A stretch of 64,000 nucleotides of DNA from Candidatus Saccharimonadales bacterium (GTDB taxonomy: Bacteria; Patescibacteriota; Saccharimonadia; Saccharimonadales; SZUA-47). The first letter of the stretch is position 1, and each line of letters starts with the position of its first letter. The position numbers and the translations under genes are program-made. Under the pieces are notes generated by a model. It made no database searches. It saw only the letters and a program-made list of their open reading frames with translations, and was not told the DNA's origin. Of the stretch, positions 37,005 to 45,925 are shown piece after piece. The stretch is from contig JBBQVE010000008.1 in assembly GCA_038211855.1 (NCBI GenBank), positions 957 to 64,956 on the forward strand, in the 5' to 3' direction.

Positions 37005-37757
37005 TTATTTGTGCTTCGCAATTGACAGGACAGCCTGCATCGCTCGGTGGTCGGAGTTAATTTTGAGCAAATGACTGCGTATTTCGGTGAAACCTCTTGT
37101 CATTAAAGCATCGAGCTGGGCGTCTTTGATTCCGATTCGCCTGAGGTAGTTATGCTTCGTTTCGCTCAAGATCACGGTTGGATCCGTCACACCGACTTGT
37201 TTCAGATTTGATGCAGTCGCCAAGTTTCTGTCGACTTTTCTCGGGCCTGGATAATGATTTCCATCGCTGCCATAAATGAGCAGGCCTTCAGGATATTCAC
37301 GAGTTAGTACTTGAGAGGTGGTTTTGACTTGTCGAATGCGTGAACGGTAGCGTACAAAGACGATTGGGTGACCGGTGGCAGCAGCAATTTTGTTACCGTC
37401 GTTATCTGTTAAATGAGCAACAAGTAAGCTGCGTTTGCGCAGGCGAGGGTTAAAGCCCATTGCTTCAGCGCGGTTGGCAATTTTACTCCTTGGTTGGACC
37501 TCGTAGCTTTCCGAACCTGCCACACGAAACTTATCAGATACGGCGACCGCCAAACCCGCCTCTTCATCGATAGCGGCTATCTTAAGACCAATACGTCCCA
37601 AATTAGCTTCAACTTGGCCCTGATCAATCTTAAGGACTTCTTGCAGGAGTAAAATATCGGTTCCGGCAAAATCCTGTGTTGTTTCAGGGGTCGCAATCGC
37701 CTGGTTGTAATGGGTATTGGCCGTGGTGACAGTGAATTGATCGGCTTCGCCCGTCAT
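37005..37757 (-). CDS. Endonuclease/exonuclease/phosphatase (EEP) family protein
   Basis: DILLLQEV near the N-terminus and a C-terminal SDHRAM. Start trimmed to ATG 37757, which shares 1 nt with the upstream stop (TAATG). Confidence 0.7.
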   Translation of the reverse strand: MTGEADQFTVTTANTHYNQAIATPETTQDFAGTDILLLQEVLKIDQGQVEANLGRIGLKIAAIDEEAGLAVAVSDKFRVAGSESYEVQPRSKIANRAEAMGFNPRLRKRSLLVAHLTDNDGNKIAAATGHPIVFVRYRSRIRQVKTTSQVLTREYPEGLLIYGSDGNHYPGPRKVDRNLATASNLKQVGVTDPTVILSETKHNYLRRIGIKDAQLDALMTRGFTEIRSHLLKINSDHRAMQAVLSIAKHK

Positions 37758-38167
37758 TAATGGTTGCCATCTGCATCGGGCCAAGGGTAGGGCATCAGCT
37801 CTGAAATCGGTACGAATTTTAGCTCGCCGTCTTCTTCGAGAATAATCTGGACATCGATGCGAGAGCGGACGGCGCTTTCCCAGATGAGTTGTTTGCAGAT
37901 ATGGCAGTTTGGACCGGTGATAGCCACGATATCTTTTTCACCATGGGTGGCGGCGATGGCAAGCGCGGTAGCTTCGGAGCGCATGGTCAGGGTTTGGGTG
38001 TCGGACTGGTAAGAGACGCCTTCATAAATGTTGCCAGCTTTCGTGAGCACACAGACGGCAAAGCCGTTGCCAGCCTCTGGATAAGTGTTTTTTAGGGCTA
38101 GTTTGGCACGCTCCAGCATCTGTCGGGCGATTTTCTCATTCACGAGAAGTTTCTGCATTGGTTTCAT
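37757..38167 (-). CDS. Cytidine-deaminase-fold protein with a substituted first zinc ligand
   Basis: Aligns by eye to Cdd: FAVCVLTKAGNIYEGV (..ALLTKDGKVY.G), PNCHICKQ (PCGACRQ). The catalytic C/H-A-E reads R-S-E (TMRSEATAL). Start taken at MKPMQKLL. Confidence 0.55.
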   Translation of the reverse strand: MKPMQKLLVNEKIARQMLERAKLALKNTYPEAGNGFAVCVLTKAGNIYEGVSYQSDTQTLTMRSEATALAIAATHGEKDIVAITGPNCHICKQLIWESAVRSRIDVQIILEEDGELKFVPISELMPYPWPDADGNH

Positions 38168-38218
38168 GCTCAAAGTATAACAAATTAAAAAGCCCACCTT
38201 ACGGTGAGCTGTTTAATT

Positions 38219-38295
38219 TGGTGGGCCCTGGAGGATTCGAACCTCCCACCTCCACAACGTCAATGTGGCGCTCTAGCCAAATGAGCTAAGAGCCC
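38219..38295 (-). tRNA. tRNA-Val (anticodon GAC)
   Basis: Minus strand. Acceptor GGGCTCT/AGGGCCC, anticodon stem CCACA/TGTGG with loop TTGACGT, T-arm GGAGG-TTCGAAT-CCTCC, encoded CCA. Confidence 0.92.
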
Positions 38296-38484
38296 AGGTA
38301 ACAGGGATGAAGTATAGCTGATTCAGGGGTGATTTTCAAGATAGCTTGAATATATACCGCATATGATATAAAAAACCAAGCGCTAGCAGGATAATCATAG
38401 TGGAAAAGTGGCTGTGTAAATGTGTACAAAATTACGTCAATTATCGACTAGCATTAAACCGCTAGCATGATGTATACTAAGCGA

Positions 38485-38555
38485 GGTTGGGTTTTGAAAG
38501 GTGTTTCACCTTTAGCCGGTCGTCCTTATTTGCGAGAAAGGATGACCGGCTTTTA
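38485..38555 (+). ncRNA. Candidate ~70-nt transcript: two hairpins ending in a terminator-like stem plus U-tract
   Basis: TATACT (38473..38478) lies upstream. 7-bp hairpin 38497..38513. 14-bp hairpin 38514..38551 followed by TTTT-ACG-TTT. No credible ORF. Confidence 0.25.
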
Positions 38556-38589
38556 CGTTTAGCCGGACGTGACAAAACAACAGAGGCGG

Positions 38590-38786
38590 TGTATCATATA
38601 ACAGAGTAAAGACGCGGCCTCACCACCCGTACCAGCTCCGCCACTACTGGTAAGCACAGGCGTAAAAAGGAACTTGCACGAGTTAAAGACTTTGGTGGAA
38701 CCGTCCGGATCCAAACATCCAGACCCAAGGCGCTTACGACTGATAATGTACGACACGTACGTTGCCAATCGTTAGCGCCTTTTTAT
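38590..38786 (+). promoter_or_regulatory. T-box riboswitch leader (Thr-type) controlling the NUDIX-thrS operon
   Basis: Antiterminator: helix A1 CUUUGG (38690..95) / CCAAGG (38725..30), 7-nt bulge UGGAACC (38696..38702), helix A2 GUCCGGA / UCCAGAC. The competing terminator 38727..38781 (AAGGCGCUUACG / CGUUAGCGCCUU) is followed by a U-tract to 38785. Conserved-looking AGAGUA lies at 38603. TATCAT -10 lies at 38592. Confidence 0.7.
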
Positions 38787-38809
38787 ATGTAAAGCCGCGG
38801 AGGCAAAAA

Positions 38810-39232
38810 ATGAGTGAATATGAAACCAATATGGTCGTCGTCGCTTTCTTAGTTCGAGGTGGTAAAATTTTCATTGCCAAACGCGCCAAGACCAAAATGT
38901 TCTTTCCTGATCGCTACGAACTTGTCGGTGGTCATGTTGATATGGGCGAGCAGCCCGAAGAAGCATTGCAGCGCGAACTCCGCGAAGAGATCAACCTCGA
39001 AGTTACAGTCGGCAATCCAGTTGGTGCTTTTACTTTTGAACAGAATGGCGAGTTCAAAATAGAAATAGCCTACTTCTGCTATCCAATAGACGGGACCGAG
39101 CCGACACTGAACCCTGACGATCACAGCGAGTCGCGCTGGATCGGCCAGGGCGAACTAGACAAATTCGAGAAGGAAGATGAAGAAACTGAGCTGTTACGAA
39201 AAGCATTCAAACTACTAGAAGGAGAAAAATAA
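38810..39232 (+). CDS. NUDIX hydrolase
   Basis: Track ORF from 38762. ATG 38810 is preferred (SD ggagg 8 nt upstream). Nudix box GGHVDMGEQPEEALQRELREEINL. Its stop overlaps the thrS ATG (taATG). Confidence 0.8.
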   Translation: MSEYETNMVVVAFLVRGGKIFIAKRAKTKMFFPDRYELVGGHVDMGEQPEEALQRELREEINLEVTVGNPVGAFTFEQNGEFKIEIAYFCYPIDGTEPTLNPDDHSESRWIGQGELDKFEKEDEETELLRKAFKLLEGEK

Positions 39233-41064
39233 TGAGCGATCAAGATAAACTTAAAGCCCAGCGTCACAGCCTCGCTCACATCATGGCGTATGCCGTGCAG
39301 ACACTCTGGCCAGAAGCCAAGTTTGGCGTCGGGCCAGTCGTCGAGAACGGCTTTTATTACGATATCGACCTCGGTGAGACTAAGATTTCCGAAGAAGACT
39401 TCAAAAAGATCGAAACAGCTATGCGCCAAATTATCAATAAAGACTATCCGTTTGAGCAGTTCAACCTGCCCGTAAAAGAAGCTTTGGATTGGGCCAAGAA
39501 GAACAAGCAGCCATATAAAGAAGAGCTGTTAAACGACCTGATGCGCGCCGGCACGACCAGCGCCAAAGATTTGGATGGCGCCGAACTTGGCTTGCCAAGC
39601 GGTGACAGCAAAGTCGAAGACGTGTCTTTTTATAAGTGTGGCGACTTTACCGACCTTTGTCGTGGTCCACACGCGCCATCAACTGGCAAGACGGGTGCCT
39701 TCAAGCTGATGCGCATCGCCGGCGCCTACTGGCGCGGCAAAGAGGGTAATCCGCAGATGCAGCGCCTGTATGGTGTCGCATTTGATACAAAAGAGCAGTT
39801 GGCTGCCCACCTCACTATGCTCGAAGAAGCCAAAAAGCGCGATCACCGGAAGCTAGGTGTAGAGCTCGACCTTTTTACATTCTCAGATTTAGTAGGCCCT
39901 GGGCTTCCGTTATTTACACCTCGTGGTACTACAATTCGCACCCAACTCGAAACTTTTTCGCAGGAGTTACAGCAAGCTGGCGGCTACGAACGCGTCTGGA
40001 TTCCTCACATTTCGAGAAGTGAACTGTACAAAGTCTCTGGTCACTACGACAAATACCCAGAACGATTCATGGTAAGTAGTATCGAAAGTGATGATGAGTT
40101 CATGATGAAGCCAATGAACTGCCCACATCACTCCCAGATCTACGCTAGCAAATCACGAAGTTACCGCGATTTGCCTATTCGTTATATGGAAAACACCACG
40201 ATTTATCGTGATGAGAAGCACGGTGAGCTGCACGGCTTAAGTCGCGTCCGCGCTATTTCCCAAGATGACTCACATGCTTTTGTACGCCCTGACCAGATCA
40301 AAGACGAACTTTCCAGCATTATGGGTATGGTTCGAGACATGTATGCGATTCTCGGTCTTGAATGGCACGCAGTACTCAGTTTGCGAGATGATTCCGACAA
40401 GTATCTTGGTGATGAGAAAATTTGGAAAACAGCCGAAAAAGCTTTACGCGAAGTATTGATCGAGCAGAACGTTGAGCATACCATCGGAGAAGGTGATGCA
40501 GCCTTTTACGGCCCTAAGATCGATATTATGGTCCGTGATGGTCTTGGCCGAGAATGGCAGTGTGCAACAGAGCAGCTCGATTTTGTCCAACCAGAACGAT
40601 TTGGCTTAGAGTATATCGATGAAAAAGGCAATAAACAACGACCGGTCATGGTGCATAAGGCTCTTTTGGGTAGCGTCGAGCGCTTCATGAGCGTCTACAT
40701 CGAGCATACTGCTGGTCGCTTCCCAGTCTGGGTAGCGCCAGAACAGATCCGAATTTCCAGCGTTAACCAAGAAAAAGCCACGCTTGATTTCGTGGCAAAA
40801 CTCCGCGAAGAAGCCATCAAACACGACCTTAGAGTCGTCGTTGATAATGGCAACGAATCAGTCGGCAAAAAGATTCGCGACGCCGAAAAAGCCAAGGTGC
40901 CGTACATGTTGGTGGTTGGCGAAAAAGAGATTGAATCAGGCGATGTGACGCCTCGTATCAGAGGTGATTTACAGGTCCAGGAGCCTCAAGCAATGCCTTA
41001 CGAGAACTTCTTTAAATCGGTCAGAAACGAGGCCAAAAGCCGTGTCAGCCGGAGCAGTTTGTAG
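39232..41064 (+). CDS. thrS: Threonyl-tRNA synthetase lacking the N-terminal TGS domain
   Basis: 610 aa. Starts directly at the editing-domain motif RHSLAHIMAYAVQTLWP...GPVVENGFYYD. Class II motifs present (FRDE-like YRDEKHGELHGLSRVR, GEGDAAFYGPKID). Confidence 0.95.
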   Translation: MSDQDKLKAQRHSLAHIMAYAVQTLWPEAKFGVGPVVENGFYYDIDLGETKISEEDFKKIETAMRQIINKDYPFEQFNLPVKEALDWAKKNKQPYKEELLNDLMRAGTTSAKDLDGAELGLPSGDSKVEDVSFYKCGDFTDLCRGPHAPSTGKTGAFKLMRIAGAYWRGKEGNPQMQRLYGVAFDTKEQLAAHLTMLEEAKKRDHRKLGVELDLFTFSDLVGPGLPLFTPRGTTIRTQLETFSQELQQAGGYERVWIPHISRSELYKVSGHYDKYPERFMVSSIESDDEFMMKPMNCPHHSQIYASKSRSYRDLPIRYMENTTIYRDEKHGELHGLSRVRAISQDDSHAFVRPDQIKDELSSIMGMVRDMYAILGLEWHAVLSLRDDSDKYLGDEKIWKTAEKALREVLIEQNVEHTIGEGDAAFYGPKIDIMVRDGLGREWQCATEQLDFVQPERFGLEYIDEKGNKQRPVMVHKALLGSVERFMSVYIEHTAGRFPVWVAPEQIRISSVNQEKATLDFVAKLREEAIKHDLRVVVDNGNESVGKKIRDAEKAKVPYMLVVGEKEIESGDVTPRIRGDLQVQEPQAMPYENFFKSVRNEAKSRVSRSSL

Positions 41065-41685
41065 GTGTCAGAAAAGCTAGGCTCGAAGAAGATAATCGCT
41101 GTTGATATAGATGATGTTTTATCTCGTTCATCAGAGGTGATTATTCAGTTTGGTAACGAACGGTTCAATATCAACCTCAGTCAAGAAGACTTGACCGAGG
41201 ATCTGTCAGAAATGTGGCAAATAAGCCGTGAAGAAGCTGAAGAGACTTGGGTTGAATATCTCGCGAACGGTGCCATGGAACGCTATGATGTTGTGCCAGA
41301 AGCAAGGGATGCGCTGCATAAACTCAGAGCAGATTACACGCTCATTGCTGTAACTTCGCGTCGCAAGGTGCTCATGGACATATCCCAAAAGTGGTTAGAC
41401 GCGAACTATCCAGGCTGCATAGATAAACTAGTGTGTGCACAGATCTATGGGGAGGGAAAGCAAGATGCTCATCTGTTAACGAAGGCTGAGGTCTTACAGG
41501 AACTTGGCGCAGAATTTCTGATTGATGATCAGCCGAAACATTGTATTGGAGCGGCCTCCGTTGGAGTAAAAGCTGTACTCTTTGGCGGTTATCCTTGGAA
41601 TAGAGACGTTGATATTCCAAAAAGCGTTGTGCGCTGCAATAACTGGCCGTCGGTCGTGGAATATTTTGATGGCCAACGCGGATAA
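41065..41685 (+). CDS. HAD-superfamily 5'(3')-deoxyribonucleotidase-like phosphatase
   Basis: 206 aa with a GTG start directly after the thrS stop. HAD motif I IAVDIDDVLS. Later ITSR and DDQP motifs. Confidence 0.6.
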   Translation: MSEKLGSKKIIAVDIDDVLSRSSEVIIQFGNERFNINLSQEDLTEDLSEMWQISREEAEETWVEYLANGAMERYDVVPEARDALHKLRADYTLIAVTSRRKVLMDISQKWLDANYPGCIDKLVCAQIYGEGKQDAHLLTKAEVLQELGAEFLIDDQPKHCIGAASVGVKAVLFGGYPWNRDVDIPKSVVRCNNWPSVVEYFDGQRG

Positions 41686-41995
41686 ACAATTCGCTGAGAG
41701 GGTATATGCGCTTGTTGCCCAGATACCGAAGGGTAGGGTGATGACGTATGGCCAGATTGCGGCCTTGTGTGGCAGTGCGAAGGCTTCGCGCATCGTTGGA
41801 GGGATTGCGCACTTTGGACCACCAGATTTGCCGTGGCAACGCGTCGTCAACAAAAGGGGCGGCTTGGCGGCAGGTTATTACGGGGGTCGGGCCGGGCAAA
41901 AGCGTGACCTAGAGGCTGAAGGCATTGAAGTCCTTGGCGACGAAGGCAGCTACCACGTAAATGTGACTGAGTTTCTATGGCAACCAGGTGTGTAA
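41669..41995 (+). CDS. Alkyltransferase-like (ATL/MGMT-family DNA-binding) protein
   Basis: Start trimmed to MANADKQFAERVY (108 aa). IPKGRVMTYGQIA and LPWQRVV are present: Trp replaces the acceptor Cys of PCHRV, as in ATL proteins. Confidence 0.7.
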   Translation: MANADKQFAERVYALVAQIPKGRVMTYGQIAALCGSAKASRIVGGIAHFGPPDLPWQRVVNKRGGLAAGYYGGRAGQKRDLEAEGIEVLGDEGSYHVNVTEFLWQPGV

Positions 41996-42590
41996 TCAGA
42001 TGAATTTATCGGCCTTCCTCGCAATTAGCTCCGGAATAATGCAGCTGGGAGCTCATATACCGATTTTAATGGGTATTTTTAAGGGCCGGACGAAGCCTAG
42101 TTCCACCGCAACCGGCATATGGACATTCGTTAGTTTTGCACTGCTTGCCAGTTCTTATTCCACTGGTGTACGTACGAATTTGCCGTTTTTGATTGCTGGC
42201 TGTCTGTCAACTACAACTGTTTTTCTATTGTCACTCAAATACGGCTACAGAAGGTGGTCGATCATTGATCCTCTCTGTATAATTTTAGGTGCGGTGAGCC
42301 TGATTGCATGGGCCTTAACCAGGCAGGCGAGCTATGCAGTCTATCTGTTGACGTTATTAGATTGGATTGCTATCTTGCCAGTTATTTATAAAAGTTGGTA
42401 TGATCCGAAAACGGAAAACAAGCTCGGTTGGTCGATTAACTTGATCGCCACTATCCTCCTAGTGCTTTCTATCCGCGATTGGCGGCTCGTCACGGTCGTC
42501 GTGGCGTTTACGCAAATCGCTCACTCTATTATTATTAACACCCTCATTCGACTTCCGACTCACCATAACAAACCGATTGGTACCATATGA
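41988..42590 (+). CDS. Hypothetical polytopic membrane protein
   Basis: 200 aa with about 6 TMs. Alternative start at 42000. Confidence 0.5.
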   Translation: MCNQMNLSAFLAISSGIMQLGAHIPILMGIFKGRTKPSSTATGIWTFVSFALLASSYSTGVRTNLPFLIAGCLSTTTVFLLSLKYGYRRWSIIDPLCIILGAVSLIAWALTRQASYAVYLLTLLDWIAILPVIYKSWYDPKTENKLGWSINLIATILLVLSIRDWRLVTVVVAFTQIAHSIIINTLIRLPTHHNKPIGTI

Positions 42591-43447
42591 ACGTAAAAAC
42601 ATTGTTTATTGTGGGGCCGACGGCCAGTGGTAAGACAGCTTTGGCGCTGCAGTTGGCCGAAGAACTCGGCGGGGAAATCATCTGTGCTGATTCGCGGACG
42701 ATTTATAAAGGCTTGGATGTGGCGACGGCGAAGCCATCAAAGGCTGAGCGTGCACATATTGCTCATTATGGTCTCGATTTAATTTCTCCAGACCAGAAGT
42801 ACAGTGCCGGGAAGTTCCAAAAGGACGCCCGTGGCTGGCTCGAAGCAATCCACAACAAAAACAAAATCGCTTTGGTGGTTGGCGGTACCGGCCTTTACAT
42901 CGACGGATTGTATTACAACTTCACTTTCAATGAGGCTTATGATGAAGCATTGCGCGCCGAGCTAGAGTCCAAATCAATCGAAGAATTACATGACTACATG
43001 GCAGACCGTTCCATTGCCTTGCCAGAAAACAGCAAAAACAAACGCTACCTAATTCGATCAATCGAACGCGGCGGCGAACTAGGCGGGAAGGGTGATCCAT
43101 TGCCGGATTCGCTGATAGTTGGCTTGCTGCCAGAACGAGAAATTTTGGACGACAGAATCCGCCTGCGCGGCCATGCCATGATTGCTGCCGGTGCTTTGGA
43201 AGAAGCCGAACAGTTGTTTGAACACTATGGCTATGACGTGCCAGCGGCTTCCGCGCCATTTTATAAAGCTTTTGCACCATATTGCCGTCATGAGGCTGAT
43301 GTAGACAGTTGTTTGGAGCGTTTCTATCTGAACGACCGGCAATTATCGAAGCGTCAAATCACTTGGTTCAAGCGTAATTCAGACATTTATTGGTTCGAAA
43401 CTGCCACCAAAGCGAGTGAATTTGTTCATTCTGCAATTAAGCGCTGA
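42587..43447 (+). CDS. miaA: tRNA dimethylallyltransferase
   Basis: 286 aa. GPTASGKTALALQLAEELGGEIICADSRTIYKGLDVATAKP. Confidence 0.9.
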   Translation: MNVKTLFIVGPTASGKTALALQLAEELGGEIICADSRTIYKGLDVATAKPSKAERAHIAHYGLDLISPDQKYSAGKFQKDARGWLEAIHNKNKIALVVGGTGLYIDGLYYNFTFNEAYDEALRAELESKSIEELHDYMADRSIALPENSKNKRYLIRSIERGGELGGKGDPLPDSLIVGLLPEREILDDRIRLRGHAMIAAGALEEAEQLFEHYGYDVPAASAPFYKAFAPYCRHEADVDSCLERFYLNDRQLSKRQITWFKRNSDIYWFETATKASEFVHSAIKR

Positions 43448-43496
43448 CGGTTGACAGCCTTCTTTGGTACAATAGGAGCACGAAGGGTAGAGTTTC

Positions 43497-44117
43497 ATGA
43501 TTGAACAATTGTTCGGAAGTAAGACACGCGTCAAACTGTTATATCTCTTTTTCGGCAATCCGAACCGGCCTTTTTATGTCCGCGAGATTACCCGCAAAGT
43601 CGATGAACAAATTAATTCGGTCCGTCGCGAACTCGGCAATCTGCTGAGCATCGGCATCATCAGTTCGGACACCTCCAATAACAAGCTCTATTACGAAGTC
43701 AGTCAGACCTATGAATTCTTCAAGCCGTTATCGCAAATTTTTGGCAACGCACCGGTGACGGGTGAGGCCAGTGAAGACACGATCGGTGCGACGCTCGAAT
43801 CTGCTACTGCCAAATACTGGCAGACGGCCGGTAACCTTGAACTGATCGTCTACACGGGCGTCTTCACGCGCGATCAGCATGCTGGCGTCGACGTGATGTT
43901 GGTGGGTGATGTGAATCGCCCCGCCGTTCAGAAACTGATTGAGGGGCTCGAGAAGCAAGAAGGCAAGGAGCTGCGCTATACTGTCATGGACAGTGAGCAG
44001 GCACAGTACCGCAGTCAGATCAAAGACCGTTTTTGGGCCGACTTAGTGGATGCAAAAAAACAGATTATTCTGGATAAAAAGGGTTATTTTAAACAAAAGG
44101 AAACAGAGGAAGTTTAA
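43497..44117 (+). CDS. Winged-helix (ArsR-like) DNA-binding protein
   Basis: 206 aa. N-terminal LFGSKTRVKLLYLFFGNPNRPFYVREITRKVDEQINSVRRELGNL. Confidence 0.55.
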   Translation: MIEQLFGSKTRVKLLYLFFGNPNRPFYVREITRKVDEQINSVRRELGNLLSIGIISSDTSNNKLYYEVSQTYEFFKPLSQIFGNAPVTGEASEDTIGATLESATAKYWQTAGNLELIVYTGVFTRDQHAGVDVMLVGDVNRPAVQKLIEGLEKQEGKELRYTVMDSEQAQYRSQIKDRFWADLVDAKKQIILDKKGYFKQKETEEV

Positions 44118-44118
44118 G

Positions 44119-44751
44119 ATGGATATCGAGTTTTTTGGTGCAAATTGTGTGCGTTTAACCACAAAAAAGGCTTCAGTTGTGGTTGATGACAACCTGCCGC
44201 ACATCGGTGGCAAGAGTATCACCAGGCCGAGCGATGTGACGGTGAGCACACAGGACGTGCTGGCTGTTGCCGCGAGCGACCAGCTCGCTATTAAAACGCC
44301 AGGTGAGTTCGAGGTCATGAATGTATCCGTTCATGGCATTGCAGCCCGCGCGCATACTGATCAACCTGGTCAGATGACCGCCACGATGTACAAGTTCATT
44401 GGCGATGACAGCCACATTTTGGTGACCGGCCATATTTACCCAGAACTCGACGACAAACAGCTCGAAGCCATCGGCCGTGTTGATGTCTTGATTATCCCGG
44501 TGGGCGGCAACGGCTACACACTTGATCCACTCGGTGCGCTCAAAATCATCCGTAAAATCGAGCCAGGTGTTGTGATCCCAACCCAGTACACCGTGACGGG
44601 CCTTAATTATGAAGTGCCAGCACTGTCCCTTGAAGATGCCATTCAAAACCTCGCTATGCAGCCAAAAGACGAGCCGATCGACAAGCTCAAAGCTAAGGAC
44701 GTCACGATCGGTGAATCCACGTCTTTGGTCATCGTTCAAAGTTACAAATAA
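44119..44751 (+). CDS. Metallo-beta-lactamase-fold hydrolase (UPF0173-like)
   Basis: Start trimmed to MDIEFFGANCVRL (210 aa). Contains ILVTGHIYPE and DVLIIPVGGNGYTLDP. Confidence 0.6.
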   Translation: MDIEFFGANCVRLTTKKASVVVDDNLPHIGGKSITRPSDVTVSTQDVLAVAASDQLAIKTPGEFEVMNVSVHGIAARAHTDQPGQMTATMYKFIGDDSHILVTGHIYPELDDKQLEAIGRVDVLIIPVGGNGYTLDPLGALKIIRKIEPGVVIPTQYTVTGLNYEVPALSLEDAIQNLAMQPKDEPIDKLKAKDVTIGESTSLVIVQSYK

Positions 44752-44764
44752 CAGATAGAAGTTA

Positions 44765-44797
44765 TAAAAAAAGCGGCTCCACGGAGCCGCTTTTTTT
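44765..44797. terminator. Bidirectional rho-independent terminator
   Basis: A7-aagcggctcc-acg-gagccgctt-T7, between convergent genes (MBL-fold + and rpmB -). Confidence 0.8.
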
Positions 44798-44809
44798 ACG
44801 GAGAGCTGA

Positions 44810-45001
44810 CTAGACCAGCAGGCCTTTTTTCTTCAGTGTGCGGATGGCTTGGGTTGAGATTTTGACTCGCACTTTGCGGCCATCAACCATCAGTGTTTTC
44901 TTCTGAAGATTTGGCTTCCAGACCTTTTTGGTACGGCGCAAAGAGAAACTGACATTGTTGCCATACTGTTTGCCTTTACCGGTGAGTTCGCATTTCATCA
45001 T
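44810..45001 (-). CDS. rpmB: 50S ribosomal protein L28
   Basis: MMKCELTGKGKQYGNNVSFSLRRTKKVWKPNLQKK... Start trimmed from 45025 to 45001. Confidence 0.9.
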   Translation of the reverse strand: MMKCELTGKGKQYGNNVSFSLRRTKKVWKPNLQKKTLMVDGRKVRVKISTQAIRTLKKKGLLV

Positions 45002-45084
45002 AACGTTGGTCCTAAAATTTAACAATTGAAGTTAATTATACCTTTTCACCCCTTATAAGTCAACGAGCAAGGTATACTAGGAGT

Positions 45085-45705
45085 ATGTCGAATGGCTTTA
45101 GCTTGCAAGAAATCATCATCTTCCTGGGCGTTTTGTTCTTTTCTACGTCTTTGCATGAGCTGATGCACGCTTTGGTGGCGTACAAGTTGGGTGACGATTT
45201 GGCGCATTCCCGCGGCCGGATTTCGCTCAACCCGATGGCTCACATTGACCCGTTTTTGACCATCCTTCTACCGCTGGGAATGCTACTGCTCGGTATACAG
45301 CCGATCATGGCCGCCAAGCCGGTGCCGATTAATGGGTCGCGTCTGACCGAAGCTGAGATGGCGTTGGTCGGTGTGGCTGGCCCGCTCACTAATTTGGCAC
45401 TGGCCATCATTGCCGGTGGTATTTTGCGAGTCACGAACTTTGGTGGTCTCGCCTTTGCTATTGTCTCGGCGTTTCTCTTCCTTAATATCGCTTTGTTTGT
45501 GTTTAATATGATCCCGTTCCCGCCGCTCGATGGTTCACGCGTACTGTACGCCTTTGCGCCCGAGTCAGTCCAGCGGGTCATGCAACAGATTGAAGGCTTC
45601 GGTATCTTTGGGGTGATTATCTTGATTACCGTTTTCTCTTCGACTCTGAGTCCGCTACTAGGATCAATCGAGGATCACCTGATACGTCTACTATCGGGGC
45701 GTTAG
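45085..45705 (+). CDS. Site-2 protease family (M50) zinc metalloprotease
   Basis: 206 aa polytopic protein with HELMHALVA (HExxH) and NMIPFPPLDGSRV. Confidence 0.75.
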   Translation: MSNGFSLQEIIIFLGVLFFSTSLHELMHALVAYKLGDDLAHSRGRISLNPMAHIDPFLTILLPLGMLLLGIQPIMAAKPVPINGSRLTEAEMALVGVAGPLTNLALAIIAGGILRVTNFGGLAFAIVSAFLFLNIALFVFNMIPFPPLDGSRVLYAFAPESVQRVMQQIEGFGIFGVIILITVFSSTLSPLLGSIEDHLIRLLSGR

Positions 45706-45757
45706 TGTCGTGCCGCAAAAGCTATTTGGCGAGAACTATCCCGGCCTTCTATACTAA

Positions 45758-45925
45758 GGGGAGCTAGCGCTGGGTAGAAATATGATTTTCTGGATACGAA
45801 AATCAAGGGAGCCACTTTAGGCCGCGACCTTGGTTGCGGTACAGCAGCTCCCACCTTGCGTTTATGCCGGGTAAATCATTCTATCCGCCGGTCTGCTTCG
45901 GTAGATCGGCCGCTAGCCTTTTTTG
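45758..45925 (+). ncRNA. Unclassified structured RNA / long structured 5' leader fused to tRNA-Pro
   Basis: Promoter-like TTGGCG-N18-TATACT (45726..45755). No credible ORF. Hairpins at 45784..45804, 45822..45839 (CUUG loop, nested in GGGAGC/GCUCCC 45807..45852) and 45887..45910 (UUCG loop). End-to-end helix GCUAGCG (45763..69) / CGCUAGC (45911..17). U6 tract at 45919..45924. Confidence 0.35.

Noticed and set aside
38559-38768. 69-aa minus-strand ORF
   Set aside because: It overlaps the T-box antiterminator and terminator and is antisense to a clearly structured leader. It has no SD and a low-complexity G/S/T/C composition.
45807-45852. SRP-like reading of the hairpin upstream of tRNA-Pro (5' AGG and 3' AGCA in the internal loop)
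   Set aside because: The stem between the loop and the tetraloop is 7-8 bp instead of about 3 bp. The tetraloop is CUUG rather than GNRA, and the overall RNA is multi-branched rather than a single long hairpin.
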